Assembly: GCA_964016885.1 (NCBI GenBank)
Contig: OZ024756.1
Location: forward strand, 32,674,001-32,738,000
From: Eledone cirrhosa
Taxonomy: Eukaryota
Reading direction: 5' to 3'
Length of the DNA: 64,000 bases
Position numbers and translations under genes: made by a program. Within the stretch, counting starts at the first letter, position 1. Each line of letters begins with the position of its first letter. Positions 42,960-59,451 of this stretch are shown here, piece by piece. The notes beneath the pieces are model-generated. The model did not search any database. It was not told the origin of the DNA and saw only the letters and a program-made list of their open reading frames with translations.

Positions 42960-43640
42960 ACATATTGTTGGTATTGATGTTGATGCTGTCGGTTTTGTTA
43001 GTGATGTTGGTGTTGGAGTTGATCATTTTTGCTATTGATGGTGGTGATGGTGAATTTGATGTTGATGGTGTCCTTATTGAGGGTGTTGATTTTATTGATG
43101 TTGTTGTTGTTGGTGGTGGTAGTAGTGTTGATGTGTTGGTGGTGTTGTTGTTGGTGCTGTTGTCGATGGTAAAGTTCTTACACTTAATGATGTTGTTGAT
43201 GTTGGTAGTGGTAGTGGTGTTGTTGTTACTCTCGATGGTGTTGTTGTTGGTGTTGTTGTTGATGTTGTTGTTACTCTCGATGGTGTTGCTGGTTTTGGTG
43301 TTGTTGTTGGTGTTGTTGTTGATGTTGTTGTTACTCTCGATGGTGTTGTTGGTTTTGGTGTTGTTGTTGATGTTGTTGTTGGTGTTGTTGGCTTTCTTGT
43401 TAATAGTTATGTTATTGATGTTATTGTTGCTACTCTTGATTGTTTTGTTGGTATTGTTACCATCGATGAAGTCAGGTCCGTGCTGCTCTTGTTTATAAAA
43501 AGACAGTTGTGTGTTGTCTTGTTATTGTTGTTTTTGAAAATGGCATTGTTGTTGTTGTTGCTGTATGATGTTATCGATGAGTTGATGATATATATGCTGC
43601 TGGTGTTTATGGTAATAATGTTGTGGTGATGATGGTATTC
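42960..43640. repeat. Degenerate (GTT/GAT)n low-complexity tract
   Basis: Direct reading; recurring TTACTCTCGATGGTGTTG. Confidence 0.9.
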
Positions 43641-43698
43641 TTACTTGTATTACTTATGTTGTGAAGGCACAGTTGAAAGCTAGGGCCTGAACACTTGA

Positions 43699-43863
43699 TC
43701 ACATAACTGTGTCACCAGAACTCAGGCCGGTTCCCCCGACATGCCTCTCTCAACGGAGCCAACTATCCCCGACCCTGGAGACGGCAAGCGTTCCGATGGA
43801 ATTACACTCTTCCCATTCGAAGGAGGTAGATTCCTTGAACCTAGAACTTTTGCCTCAACCTAC
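43699..43863 (+). mobile_element. Fragment of a CRE-clade non-LTR retrotransposon restriction-like endonuclease domain
   Basis: Frame from 43741 reads MPLSTEPTIPDPGDGKRSDGITLFPFEGGRFLEPRTFASTY, matching the EP..L.R.DGKRPDG.T..P...G..L.WD....TFA motif as I recall it; stops upstream. Confidence 0.6.
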
Positions 43864-44536
43864 GTTTTCCATTTTCATAACCACAAAAAGAAACTTGAAT
43901 TTGTTTACAATATTTCATGATCTGAAAAAAAAAGAATATGTGTTTATCTGGAATAATACATAATTTAATTAGCAAAACTATCAATAACAATTATATCATC
44001 AAAACAAATGTAAACTGCAACAAAAACGTCATCAGTACAAATATCGCCAACAATACACCCATCCGCATGGATACCTGAAGACGCATCAACAACATTAACA
44101 GCAACAAAATCAATACCAACAATAGTATAAAGGGTAAGAACATCAACAACAACAAAAACATCAAACATAACAAAATAACAACAATACCAATTACAACAAC
44201 AATAACGACAACATAAAGATCAATGCTATCAGCACTACCATAACATCATAAGTAATAGATCTACGAGTGACGACATCACCCTCAAACCAACATCATCAAC
44301 TACAGCAAATTTTGGTCTGGTCTGCCATATATAATGAGATTATTTGATATATGAAAAATCATACAAACTGGGAAATTTGAACTTTGATAAATTAATGTGT
44401 TTTTTTATAATAAACACCCTAAAGTTTACCTTCATTTATAACATCTTTCATGTGATTACAGATAGACATTTTAATAATGTATATCTAAGTGATAATTGTA
44501 TAGATATTCAACGTACATATATAATATATGTATATA

Positions 44537-44579
<43 letters not shown>

Positions 44580-44670
44580 TTAATCTTACTTGACAAACAC
44601 ACACACCTATACATATACACAAATACATACATACATATACATATATATATATTTGTATATATTTATATAC

Positions 44671-44743
<73 letters not shown>

Positions 44744-45015
44744 AATGTGTGTGTGTGTGTATATATATATAAATGTGCGTGTGTGTGTCAAGTTACACGA
44801 ACTCCATATGTAGAGTTACAGAAATATCTATTTAGAGGGTCAAATGTAGGGTTAGATCGCTGGGCATTTTGATTAGAAATGCCGTGTGTGTATATATGTA
44901 GGTACGTTTGTTTGTGTAAATCGTAAAGCATTACGGATATACACAACCACACATACACACACATACATACTCATTTCACGGACACACACATATATACAGA
45001 CATACACAACCCGCC

Positions 45016-45082
<67 letters not shown>

Positions 45083-45209
45083 TATATGTCTGTGTGTGTG
45101 TGTGGTTGTGTATGTAGATATACCTATATAGGTAAAATAATTTAAAACGGTTTTTTAATCGCATCTCTTGGTTTTGTGCATCCGTTTGTTCAAAAGATTA
45201 TTTTCAACA

Positions 45210-45340
45210 ATTTCCTTTGATGAAACTAAGCGATGAAACGCAGTTATAATTCGAAAACTTTCTAAGGAAATAAACACACTATAAGCTATGTATTGAGTGG
45301 TATTTCTCCATCTATAAACTCAAGTCCCCTGCATACGTAT
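45210..45340 (+). mobile_element. PLE-like pLTR remnant with degenerate HHR
   Basis: ATTTCCT-TTGATGA...GAAA..CTA/AGGAAAT (7-bp stem I); then GCTATGTATTGAGT tail motif. Confidence 0.45.
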
Positions 45341-45357
45341 AATGACACATATAGATG

Positions 45358-45393
<36 letters not shown>

Positions 45394-45400
<7 letters not shown>

Positions 45401-45651
45401 ATACTTTGGGAGGGTCATGTTGCCAATAAGAAACACACGCACCAGATGTTTCACTTCAATTTATTATAATAAATTTATAAATTTAGGAATTTATAAATTT
45501 CCGGTTGGTCAGTTGGTTCCACAACCAGCTCGTTGTTTATATATTGTCAAAGTTCTTTTCTTATTGGCAGCATGACCCTCGCAAAGTATAACAATATCGG
45601 TTTCAACACACGTTTTCAGATAAAGAATCTTGCTAAACAAATTCAGAAACG

Positions 45652-45653
<2 letters not shown>
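45394..45653. mobile_element. PLE-like pLTR family 3, inverted pair in (TA)n
   Basis: 45394-45433 is inverted against 45557-45596; the right arm carries a ~55-nt tail; homologous to 62333-62997 and 63930-64000. Confidence 0.75.
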
Positions 45654-45744
<91 letters not shown>

Positions 45745-46282
45745 CGTTTATACACACACGGACAGACGCATGCTCGTATACATGAGACTGTTGATGGTAG
45801 CCTACATTCGCATACAGCCCATAGACAGAGAACGACTTTCAAATACACCATCAATAAATGACTGTTTGAAAGTGAAAGTAGCGATAAATCTATCTTTTAT
45901 GTTGGAGAAGTTAGCGAAGTAACAAAATTGGTTTACGTAAGATAGAGCAAATAACTTCATTGAAGCTGAAATGGAATGTCGATATCATTAGTTATTCAAA
46001 TGTCATGTTATTCATTTCTTTGCATATGACGTCAATCAACGTCATTGATCAAAGTAAAGCGCATCAGTTGATACGAGGCATTGTCTCTTTTTAAAGAGTA
46101 CAATCATCCACACACATTTACATTCGGACATGACTGTCTCCATGTGTTTGCCCCTGGAAAGTTCCTCTCCCCAGGGCTCACGCCTGGTGAAGTTGTTTAT
46201 AGTACGTCGGTCTCCCCTCCATGCAACCAAAGTTCTTGAGTTGATAGGCGGCAAATGGAGATTCAACATAGCACAATAAAGA

Positions 46283-46590
46283 CAATTCGGTCACGAAAGA
46301 CCAAGGGATTTGCACTTAAAGTTCTCCTCGGAAGAACACGATTGGTCAATATTGTTTGTGGTAGACAATGCTTACCAGCCTACCCTCTCTCCAGTCCATC
46401 GATCCTGTGCAAGTAAAAGACAATGCTGATACAACTTCGCTGCAGTGACGTCGCGACCCATTTATACAGCTGAGTATACTGGAGGAACGGAAAATAAAGT
46501 GCATTGTTGAAGGACACAATGCATCACCCGGTCCGAGAATCGAACCCATATCTTCACGATTGCAATCCAACGCGCTAACCACTAAGATAT
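46283..46590 (-). mobile_element. SINE family B
   Basis: Reverse complement aligns with 16193-16530 and 9409-9724. Confidence 0.75.
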
Positions 46591-48250
46591 AATGTTGTTC
46601 CAACTAGAGGCAAATGCATCAATGATGCAGCAAAATGTTCCTTTCAGGCCCTTCATAATCCATGTAGAATGAGGCTCATGACAAAATACTGCAGTGGCGC
46701 AATGTCCACCGGTCCCAGAAATATATTATTATTCAACGTGGTCTTTATTTGAATTCAGTGTAGGGAGGGTGTAATTTAGGTAAATATAGGTCTAACACTT
46801 CTAGTTGGTTTATTGACCAGATAGTTGTTCTCTCACTGGAATCATGTCTGTTGCTTTCAAAATGTTCTATATGGGACAGTAAATCAAATATCACATTATG
46901 AATGTTTGGAGTGGTATGAATGAAATTTAGTTGCTAATGCTAACAAATGCATTGAAGTAATCGAAAACATATTTTAAAATATTCTCCTAGTTACAGGTTA
47001 AGTTTCCAAACAAAGTAACAAACTGCAACTTAATTATGGATGTTGATTATGTTACTAAATCTCGCCAAATTATATCGAATATTATTTGAAAATCACAAAA
47101 ATTGCCTGTTAAAGAAAATATGGTTAAGAAATTAGTTAGTGTAATCCCCACTCAGACAGTATGTCGCTTGTGTCACTGGCAAAAATTAGCAATGATTGCA
47201 TGTGTGAGAGTTAGAGCCAAGGAAAGTTTGAATAATTAACTAAAAGATGCATTTCCTGTTTTCTTTAAAGGAATATTTAATAGGCAAATCTTTGTTCGAC
47301 ACAGTTGGAACTGGATGATTTACATTGAAATCAAATATAACCGAGTTTAGGTTTAGAAAAAAATAATTATATGCATTTGTAATGTTTTATGTGCTTCATA
47401 CTTCGTCTCAGAAATTTACTGGTAAAACTAGATTTTCCTGAGAGATACAGCGCAGACTATAAGCCGAGTATGTGTTTTTTGAATAAAATGATAAACGGGT
47501 CTAATCACTTTTTCTCTGCTGTGCCAGTATTGGAAGCGACATGTGAACTTACACAGGTCTCGTTCTATGTATACATTTGTGTATATATGTTTATATGTTG
47601 TGTATGTATGTGGTGTATATATGTTGTGTATGTATGTGTGTTTATATATATATATATTTATATATATGTAGGATGGTATACCAAATAGGTAGAGACCAGT
47701 AATTCCGATTAGCGTATGTGGTATCTCGTGGTTCGTGCCAGAAGGGAGGTAAATACATCAACGAAAATAGAACGGATTTCAATATATTCTATGAATATTG
47801 CACAATTACATGATAAGTATTTCCATGGCCGGCTTACGTCATCAGCTCATAAGGCAAGAAGTCGACGATGTCATCAGATGTGGTGCGCATAAAAAATTTA
47901 AAAGAGTTAGTTCAGTAGAACCTGCTGGTTTACAGCAAGTGGTAAACAAAGAATTGATACAGAGGCAACTCAGCCAGCGATGGTATCACTACAACGGTAG
48001 GTTTAGGATTAAGGTTAGAGTTCCCAGTAAAGTCTATCATACATGTCTGGCTTTTATATATATATATATACATATGTACTGCACAAGCTACCACACAGTT
48101 TCCGTTTCACAAAATTCACTCAGAATAAATTCAAAATTCATTCAGTCTTACTGTCTAGTAGGACTGAATCCGAAACCACTTACAAACAGAACGCCCCAAC
48201 CACGCAGCCTGGGTTGCACATTTACAAATACACGCACACTCACACACACA

Positions 48251-48321
<71 letters not shown>

Positions 48322-49301
48322 ACATATAGATATAATTACAAACACCACATCAAACGACAAAAAGTGACATATAATATACAAAGATTGCAATTTGACAGTT
48401 CCCTTAATAAATACTTTTCAAATTTTACATGCCAATTTCTTACATTAAACCGTTTCTTTAGAATTTTATACAGACATCTTCAATTCTCTTCTCTTTAATT
48501 CTACGACATAATCATTAATATTCTACACACTGCCAAAAATAAACAAAAAATGTGTAAAACAGAAATCTCCCACTAATAAAACTACACACAAAAAAAACAT
48601 TTGATGAATCGTTCTTATGTATTGAATGCCAAAATGGGAAATAATTTTTGGTTTATCATCATGATTATCATTACCTTTATTATTATTTTTATTATTGCTG
48701 TCATTATCATCACCATTATTATCATTAGTATTTTCATTATGAGTTATATTTTTCCTTTTTCGTATTTTCCAAATTTCCTTTTGTTTCGTTCTTTAAAATA
48801 TTAAAATTGTTCGACAAAGTTGAATACAGATCTCTCTTTTTAGAGATATTCAATAATTTATCTTTGAATTAATGCCTGTAAATAGCAATAACTCCATTTA
48901 TTTTCACACAAAATACAAAGAAACGAAAGAGGAAACATAAAAAGAAACATTAACAGGAATAACACAGAAAAATATAAATATCTGACATATTCTTTAGAAA
49001 TAATTTCTTAACTTGTTGATGTCATTTAAGCCCCTGTTAAAATTGATATTTTTATTAAAGATTTCTTTTCAGACTTTGCTGTCAAAGTCGTGTTTTCATT
49101 TATTTCCATAGCTTTATACGTTTCTAATTGACTATTCAAATAATTAATATTTTAGATATGTATTTTGTATTTTTTTTCCCTCTTAATACATATTTTTCCT
49201 TTGCTTTGCCTTGCATAGCTTTCTGCCTCATTAGTGTATGACATAACAGTATATTATGTTACATCAAATATATATGTTTCTTGGCCTTTAGATGTAAATA
49301 T

Positions 49302-49384
<83 letters not shown>

Positions 49385-49637
49385 CACCCATATATATATT
49401 ATGTAGAGAAATGACAGGAGACCAAATATGTTGAATTTCCTTAATTTTGTATTAATGTAAACCCTATGCTCAGTCCAGTGGTTCTGTTGCGTAAGAACCA
49501 GGTGACCTCATCAGGGTTAAATGTGTAATAGATGTAAGCTTTAAGGAAACAAGTGAAGAAAAAGAAAGAGTAAAAAGTGTGTGCTATGCTTTTGACCCAG
49601 AGAGGGATGAAGTAGTATGCTGCCTCTTTGCTCGCTC

Positions 49638-49747
<110 letters not shown>

Positions 49748-49757
49748 TACTCTCTCC

Positions 49758-49806
<49 letters not shown>

Positions 49807-51275
49807 AGTGCCTACACTTACATTCCAAAATAATTCAAAGACATTCACGAGTGGTGAGGACATTTTTATGTGTAAGGAAACGGTGACAACCCAGCCTCAC
49901 TCTCTCGAAGGAAAAATTTTAAGTATTTGATCACCTCATATGTTCTTTCTTGAAGCGTAACCCTAGATCATCCGTGACAAATTAGAGAATTATGAAATGT
50001 ATTACTCAGAGAGAATCAAACTTTTTTATGTCAAACCTAATATTACCACTAAATCTATTTTATCAGAAGTAACTTTTGTCATTCAAGACAAATTCCTTAC
50101 AAGAGACAACTATATCTATCACAGAGTGATAACAAATAACGAATGACTTGTTTACTTGAAAATAAAATGGCAAATCTATAAGTCGCATGGTGCGTATTGA
50201 ACCTTTGTAGATATAGATTGCCACGTTGCAATTTAACGAATCAGACGACAACACATTCTCTGTTCCTGTTTGCTAGTGTTATCTGTAAGTATCCCTGCTT
50301 GTTTGGGTTCCTTTACCAATGTTCTACCAGGTTCTGGCGTTAACAAGATTTAGCCAATTCTTCAATAGAAACACAAAGAAAGGAACAACAACAACAACAA
50401 CAACAAAATAAAAAATTTAGAAATATCAGCCCAACCCAACAAATGGTATCCCGCCAGACCAATAACACAATTATAATTATCACATGAAAAATGGTGATCT
50501 AATATCATGAAAAGTAGTGGTGGTAATAATTGTTGTAGTAGTGTTGTAATAAATGTGGTTGTGATGATGATAGCTGTACAGATATTGTAGAAGATGTAGT
50601 AGTGTTCGTGGTGCCGCCGGTGGTGATAGTATTGAATGTAGCGAATGGAGACTTTCTGTGTGGTAGCCTTGGTAGTTGTTATGGTAACGGAATTAGTAGG
50701 AGGAGTGGAAACAGAAGTGGTAAGAGTAGCTGTAGATATTGTTGCAATATTGTGTTGATTGTGATAGTAATGCTGGCGGTTGTATAAGCTAACGTGATCA
50801 GAGTAGTAGTAACAGCAGCAGCAGCAGCAATAGTAGTAGTGGTATTAGTAGTAGTAGTAGCAGCAGCAGTATAAGGAGATAGATACAAAGGGTGGAACAA
50901 GATGCAAAAGGAAAGGCATAAGAAGTAGAAGTTCAAAAGTATAAAATCTGAGAATTGTGATGTGCTTTTAAGAAAGGAGCTTCCTTCAGGATTATTTGAT
51001 GTGACAGGAAACTTTCCATGTTCACATATCAAAGTATCAACGTTATTGGACAGGAGACGGATGGGAGATGCCCAACAAACACCTCGAATATTTAAGATAT
51101 AATTGCAAGACGTATACATATTTCCCTACAAATATGACTACACACAGAAACGCACAAAAACACATAGCTAAATTTATATAATGGGAATACATATGTGTGT
51201 GTATGTGTGAGCGTATATACATGTATATACATGTATATACATATATGTGTACTGTATATATATATATACATATAG

Positions 51276-51333
<58 letters not shown>

Positions 51334-51422
51334 TTTACGTTGAATACTCTCCATATTATTACACCAAGATTGACCATACGGAATGACCAACTCTATTCAG
51401 TGGTGAACCTTCAAACCTATAG

Positions 51423-51461
<39 letters not shown>

Positions 51462-52010
51462 GTATGTACATGTGGCTGTAAAGTGGATGCGATTGTAAAG
51501 ATGTATATATATATATCAGCTCGCAGGAAAAATTTCCAAAAACACGAATGAATTACAAAAGAAAAAAAAAACAATTACAGAGAATTATATTTCCATAGAG
51601 AACTTCAATATTCCATGTACATATTTAGAGGTTGAATATAATAAGTTCCACAATAATAAGTGTCTTATAAACAGCATACAAGTGCACTAGAAATGTGTAT
51701 ACGCTAACACATGTGAGTTTTATACTACTATATATAAGACACTTATGATAATAGAACTCTACTAAAAATTCAAATTTCATCTTCACATATGAATAGAAAG
51801 ACTAAAAGTTCTTAGAAAAATATAATTCTCAATAAGTTCTTTGAAAATGGTTTAATATTCATATAAAAGTATCCGCCACCTTATGTCTAATGTTTATATT
51901 TGTCTGTCTATTTACTGTGTTTTATATATAAATTGTATAGATAGTTGTGTAAAGAAGTAACTATCTATGCACAGATAAGCACCCCACCCATGTATATATA
52001 TATATATATA

Positions 52011-52390
52011 TATTGTTATACTTGGGGAGGGTCATATTGTTGGAATATTGTCAGAAATAATAACAGGACACACTCACTGTTTGGTTGGTTTTCGCTTCTG
52101 TATCTTTTATATCTCCACAGTTAATTTATTTGGCAATCAATGTTTATCATTGATTAACAGCGGTTAAAAATACAGACATAAATATATATATGTAGCCTAT
52201 CAAATTCTTTCGTTGCACAGCTGCAAATTCATCAGTGGTATTATTATGTTTGCTCCTATTGTATTGTATTGTATGTCTACGCCATTTTTATTTTATTTAT
52301 TTATTTCTCTTTGTGTCTGTCTCTGCGCATGCGTTTGCGTGTGTGTATAATGTGTTTCTGTCTTCATATTGTATTTTTGTTCACTAGAGT
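52011..52390 (-). mobile_element. Diverged family 3 pLTR copy
   Basis: TATTGTTATACTTGGGGAGGGTCAT start; CTACGCCATTTT and CTGCGCATGCG match the reverse complement of 62706-62757. Confidence 0.5.
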
Positions 52391-52401
52391 GTCTTTATAT
52401 G

Positions 52402-52545
<144 letters not shown>

Positions 52546-53573
52546 CAGATACATGAATTAAAACAACGACAATATAGTGACAGTAACAAATTCAATGCAA
52601 AACAGTGAAGATATGAAGATATTTTTACGTTTCGGAAAATTTGACTTTGTCAACATATATAGGTAGATACTTCTAATTTAGAACAAACTATAGATAAACA
52701 TAAACAAAAACATGTAGGTACATACACATGTACATGATTTTATATGTCCGTACATGTGTATGCGCAATTTGTTTCTTATTTGTCCAACTCTGTCAATTCC
52801 AGTTGAGCAGATTTAAGCTATAAATGAAATGATACTCAGCCGAGATCGTCTTATTTGTATGAGTACCATTATGATAGTTTTACCTAAGTGCAGGTGCAAG
52901 TTGTCGTTAAGTAAATGTAAGTAGCATATATATTATGTTTGCCTACCTTACTAATAATTGATAGTGTTCCCTCAAGAAACAGCAATTATTCAACAAAACA
53001 TTCACAATACGAATACAGTACATGTAAAAGTAAAAATACTACATGAAACTAAAACGATAATTATAAAGAGTTACTTTGGCACAAAGCCACGTATTTACAG
53101 TGTAAGTTGTTTAGTCAATGGTATTGATCCTAGTACATATTTACAGCTTATTTATTTATGTATTAGTTTATCATTGTTATACTAACATTGAAGGAATGAA
53201 CAATACAGTTGATGTGGTTGTGATATAGTTACTGCTGTTGTGTTGTTTTTATTGCTGTTGCTATTGCTTTTATGGTTTAGCCTCAGGTCATTGCTGACCA
53301 AGCAGATCTATGATCAAAAGCATTTATACAAACCACACAAGTGTATTGTTTCTTTGTTCAGGTTGTATAGAGGACATCATCCAGCGTTTTTATAGTTTAG
53401 TTAAAAGTGTAAGGGTGAAAGTGCGAGGCTTAATGTTTAGAGAGCTTGACACATGCCTAGAGTACTGAGTTCAAATCTCGTTTGGGCGTTGTTTTCGCTA
53501 AGAAGACAGTTTATTTAAGGTAAAAATAATGAGTTGACTCCAAACTGTATAGACCATTGCCTTTCCATTGGGT

Positions 53574-53754
53574 AATAATTGTTACTATTTTGGCACAAGG
53601 CCAGCAATTACCACAGTGCATTACTGGTGCTTTATTTCATCCACCCACGTAAGGATGAAAGGGAAAGTTAACCTGGGCAGGATTTGAACTCAGGATGTAA
53701 AGGGGCGTAGCAAAGCATGGCGCCCGGCCCTCTACCGATACTGCCAATCCACCG
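53574..53754 (-). mobile_element. SINE family A
   Basis: Reverse-complement copy. Confidence 0.85.
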
Positions 53755-53883
53755 TTTGGTAGTAATGGCGTGACAATGGCATTCAGGGGTAAAAGGCAGG
53801 CCTTCTACAAAACAGATGTCTTTGGTTTACACTTTTGTCTGCAAACCTGTGTGAACGTACAGCAACTTCGCGTTACACTCCCT

Positions 53884-53930
<47 letters not shown>

Positions 53931-54332
53931 TATGTATATAAAAATATGAAATATATATATACATACAAAGGTAGAAAGCGAGAGAGAGAATAAAGAGAGG
54001 ATTTATTTCATATTTTTAGTGAGAAGACAGTTTTATTTCTATCGTTGTTTTATATAGCCAAAGTCGCAATAAAACATTACTAATTATTCTGTTGGTGCCA
54101 CCAATATAGTGATAATGTGGCTTGGAGATAATCTTAGAAGCAACAGTATCGTGAATTTATGGCACAATTCAACAACCTAACTCTATATTAGGTTATAAAA
54201 CTAAAGCATTTACGTATATATTTTAAACATTTATTCTCCGCCACTCGTCCATACTGCCATTCTCCCGCTCTCTCTTTATCTCACTCTCTCTCTCTTTCTC
54301 TCCCTCTCTTTCTCTCTCTATCTCTTCCTGCG

Positions 54333-54374
<42 letters not shown>

Positions 54375-54386
54375 GCTCTCTCCCTG

Positions 54387-54418
<32 letters not shown>

Positions 54419-54422
54419 ATGT

Positions 54423-54453
<31 letters not shown>

Positions 54454-54510
54454 ATATATATATAAATATATATATATATAGTTATGTAATAAACAACATA
54501 AGGCAATTAT

Positions 54511-54568
54511 TCCATTTACCAGTGGTTTCTTAAAAGCAAAATATTTTGCTTTCAATCCTCAGAATGAA
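54511..54568 (-). ncRNA. Type I hammerhead ribozyme (mirror copy)
   Basis: Exact reverse complement of 54635-54692. Confidence 0.8.
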
Positions 54569-54634
54569 AAAATCCTGGTCTGTTTATTGGATAGGATTTT
54601 AAAAACAAAAATCAATAAACAGACCAGGATTTTT

Positions 54635-54692
54635 TTCATTCTGAGGATTGAAAGCAAAATATTTTGCTTTTAAGAAACCACTGGTAAATGGA
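54635..54692 (+). ncRNA. Type I hammerhead ribozyme, intact core
   Basis: TTCATT-CTGAGGA-TTGAAAGCAAAATATTTTGCTTTTAA-GAAACCACTGGTA/AATGGA. 6-bp stem I, ~11-bp stem II, stem III ACC:GGT; predicted cleavage after 54686. Confidence 0.8.
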
Positions 54693-54789
54693 ATAATTGC
54701 CTTATGTTGTTTATTACATAACTATTAAGCTCTGTTACCAAGATAGAGCACTCTTTTTTCATGGACTTTTCCGACAGAATTACTTCATT

Positions 54790-54917
<128 letters not shown>

Positions 54918-54936
54918 GTATATATATTTATGTATA

Positions 54937-55032
<96 letters not shown>

Positions 55033-55639
55033 TATATATGAGAGTGGGAAAGAGAGCGAGGTACCTTTGATGTTCGTGGTAAACTGTTTCATTACATATA
55101 TCCATAAGTCACGCACTTCGATCACACGCTCCATTTCCGTTATCCATATATTTGTGCTTCTCACCATTCAATATTCAGGGAACCATTTCTCGACCACATA
55201 TCCAAAGAGACATGTGTATTCCTGATGAGTACAGCCACAGAACAGGCTACTTTTTCGTTATTTCAGACAATTGGAAGATTCTATTCTGGATCTTCCGAGG
55301 TCTTACATCGCAAATTATGTATAATCTTACGGATAAGACACCAGATGGTTGGTTACTTCCTTCATATGGCAAAAAAAGAATTTAATAAATCTGCCTTCAC
55401 CATCTATTTCACGATGAGATATCATCACATAGCACATGTGGATATTTTTATCAAATATATTATATTCTCTCTATCGAAGGTCTTTCAAGTTATATTTAGT
55501 CTAAGTGGCAATGTTATAAAGAATATAATTCATCTAAAAAAAAAATCTATTCCCTTTTATCTGAGTATTTCAAAAATACAACAAAGAAAACTGAAAGTTA
55601 TTTATTTTTTATCTATTTATTATATATGATATTTAAGAA

Positions 55640-56925
<1,286 letters not shown>

Positions 56926-57387
56926 TAATTCTACTTAGATTTCAATGAACTTCAAGTATAAATTTTGAAGATAAAAAATTCCAAAATGTCAAATGTTATT
57001 TTAAATAAAAAAAGTTCATTTTTCTAGCATATCAAAGATATTCTTAATATAAGTATCGTATAAATTCTTCGAATATCAGTAAATATAATAAAAATGAAAA
57101 AATGCTTTTATTTGATTTATAAATAAAATAAAATATAATGAAACACGAACAAAATAACATACTTCTGATATTATGATAATGAATACAAGAAGGAATACTG
57201 TTTGGTAGATTTTGAAATAATTTTTATTAATCTTTATTTTTTATTTCCACGTCCACTTAAGGAAATGAAGCATATGGCATACGCGAAATATTTATAATTT
57301 TAGATTGTATTCCGTATTCACACATACCCACTGACACTCACAAACACTCACACACACACAGACACACACTCACACACACTCACACAT

Positions 57388-57429
<42 letters not shown>

Positions 57430-57706
57430 ATAAATCAGTGTCTGTGCATTCATGCATCATAAGATGGAAATATATATGTATATTAATTTGATGAATATAT
57501 ATACATATATAGTTTGTTATCCCTCTATTGCTTTCAATTCAATGACATGCCAATACTGATGCAACACCTAGTAGGGAAGTAGGTAATCATATTTTCATAT
57601 TTTGCATAAAAATGTGTTTCCTTCTGTCTCTTACGTATATGATACATTTCTTCTTTAATGTGATATATCCACTAACACATACATGCATACAATCACATAA
57701 ACTCAC

Positions 57707-57745
<39 letters not shown>

Positions 57746-57748
<3 letters not shown>

Positions 57749-57908
57749 TCCGATGATTTGATCAGAGACTCACACTGTATTTAAGGTCGAGTGATGCAAC
57801 TTGGAATGATCAGCGACCTTTAAACACATCTGATCAATGAAACAATTTTGAATATTTTAAATAAAACCCTTTTTGTTCCGGCGACCATGTTATTCTTCAC
57901 TCTTTCAC

Positions 57909-57910
<2 letters not shown>
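57746..57910 (+). mobile_element. PLE-like pLTR remnant with mutated HHR between (TA)n tracts
   Basis: TATT-CCGATGA-T-TTGATCAGA...TCTGATCAA-T-GAAACAATTTTG-AATA; long stem II with inner AAGGTCG:CGACCTT; three core changes. Confidence 0.55.
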
Positions 57911-57940
<30 letters not shown>

Positions 57941-58820
57941 AATGTAATCTGAGTTTTTCGAATATTAATAATAATATACGATTCATTTTCAATTATGCAA
58001 ACAGCCTCTTTTAAGCCGTGTCAGTTGAATGGGTCCCCCATTTTTGTTATTGTCTGGATTTAAATATTATCAAGCAAATCTCACATTTCATAGTTTCGAG
58101 TTCAATAAACATATTACCAGTTCAATCTCAGGGCTGGTCTTTTCTTTTTTCACCCCACCCCCCTTTCTCTCTCTGAATTACTTTCTATGGAAGAAATCGG
58201 TTGTGTTCAGACAGAAAATATTATGGCCTTCCCCATGTTTAAAATATACAAGACACACCTATATCTCTGCAATACTTATGTAATTATAATTGGCCTATGG
58301 ATGGACGTGGACTGAAAAGAGAGAATCTTAGAGTGTGTTTGGTATAATTTATCGCAAGGGCTAAATAAATACTTGTGAGGTGTGCATCGCGTCTGTGGAA
58401 TGTTAAAAAACCAAGCAAAAATGCCCTCAGCACCAAATTTGATTATTTTACAAAGTAATTTGTCCAGGGAAATTTACCATATATCAACTATAATTCATGT
58501 ATCCATTATTATTATAGTCATCTACAATCTGGTGAGTCTATTTTTAAATTTCAAATTTCTCACTGCTTCGTCAGTCAAATAAATTTGTTTATACAAAGAA
58601 ATCTTTTGTTTAAAGATATCCTAGCAATATGGGAATCATTTAGAAATATATTCCTATAACATATCTGCGTTGGATACTATCTAGACGAGAATTTAATTCA
58701 GTAAAGTATATAAATGTCCCCATTTATTATTGTTATTTTTATATATACTCTTTGTAAAAATATTCATTATAAATGTTAAGGATTCTACATACACAAGTAG
58801 TTGTATTGTTGCCACATCAT

Positions 58821-58882
<62 letters not shown>

Positions 58883-58920
58883 GCACACACACACACACAC
58901 ACACATATATATCTATATCT

Positions 58921-59018
<98 letters not shown>

Positions 59019-59404
59019 GTGTGTGTGTGTGTGTACATGAATAAATGTGAAACATATGTTTCACACAATAGACACATGTAAATGAATGTATTCATATGTT
59101 TATGTATCTATGAGAGTGTATGTCTATTTATATGAGTTTGCTCATGTTTATATACCTATGACTACATGAATGTATGTGTGTGTGCATGAGTGCGTACGTG
59201 CGTAATATATAAAATCCAATGGTTTATATAAGGCGGCTCTAACTGAGAGATGAAAGTGTTTGGTTAAATATGAAATGCCTTCTTACGGACTCATGTACAC
59301 ACATGAAAATATGGTGACCACCAATGCGGATAAATAAAATAATAGTTAATCACTGTAATTTATTCTCACTAAGTGGATACTTTAGCCATTTGTCGATAAT
59401 ATTT

Positions 59405-59451
<47 letters not shown>

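Noticed and set aside
42800-43498. 232-aa hydrophobic 'membrane protein' ORF
   Set aside because: (GTT)n-derived low complexity
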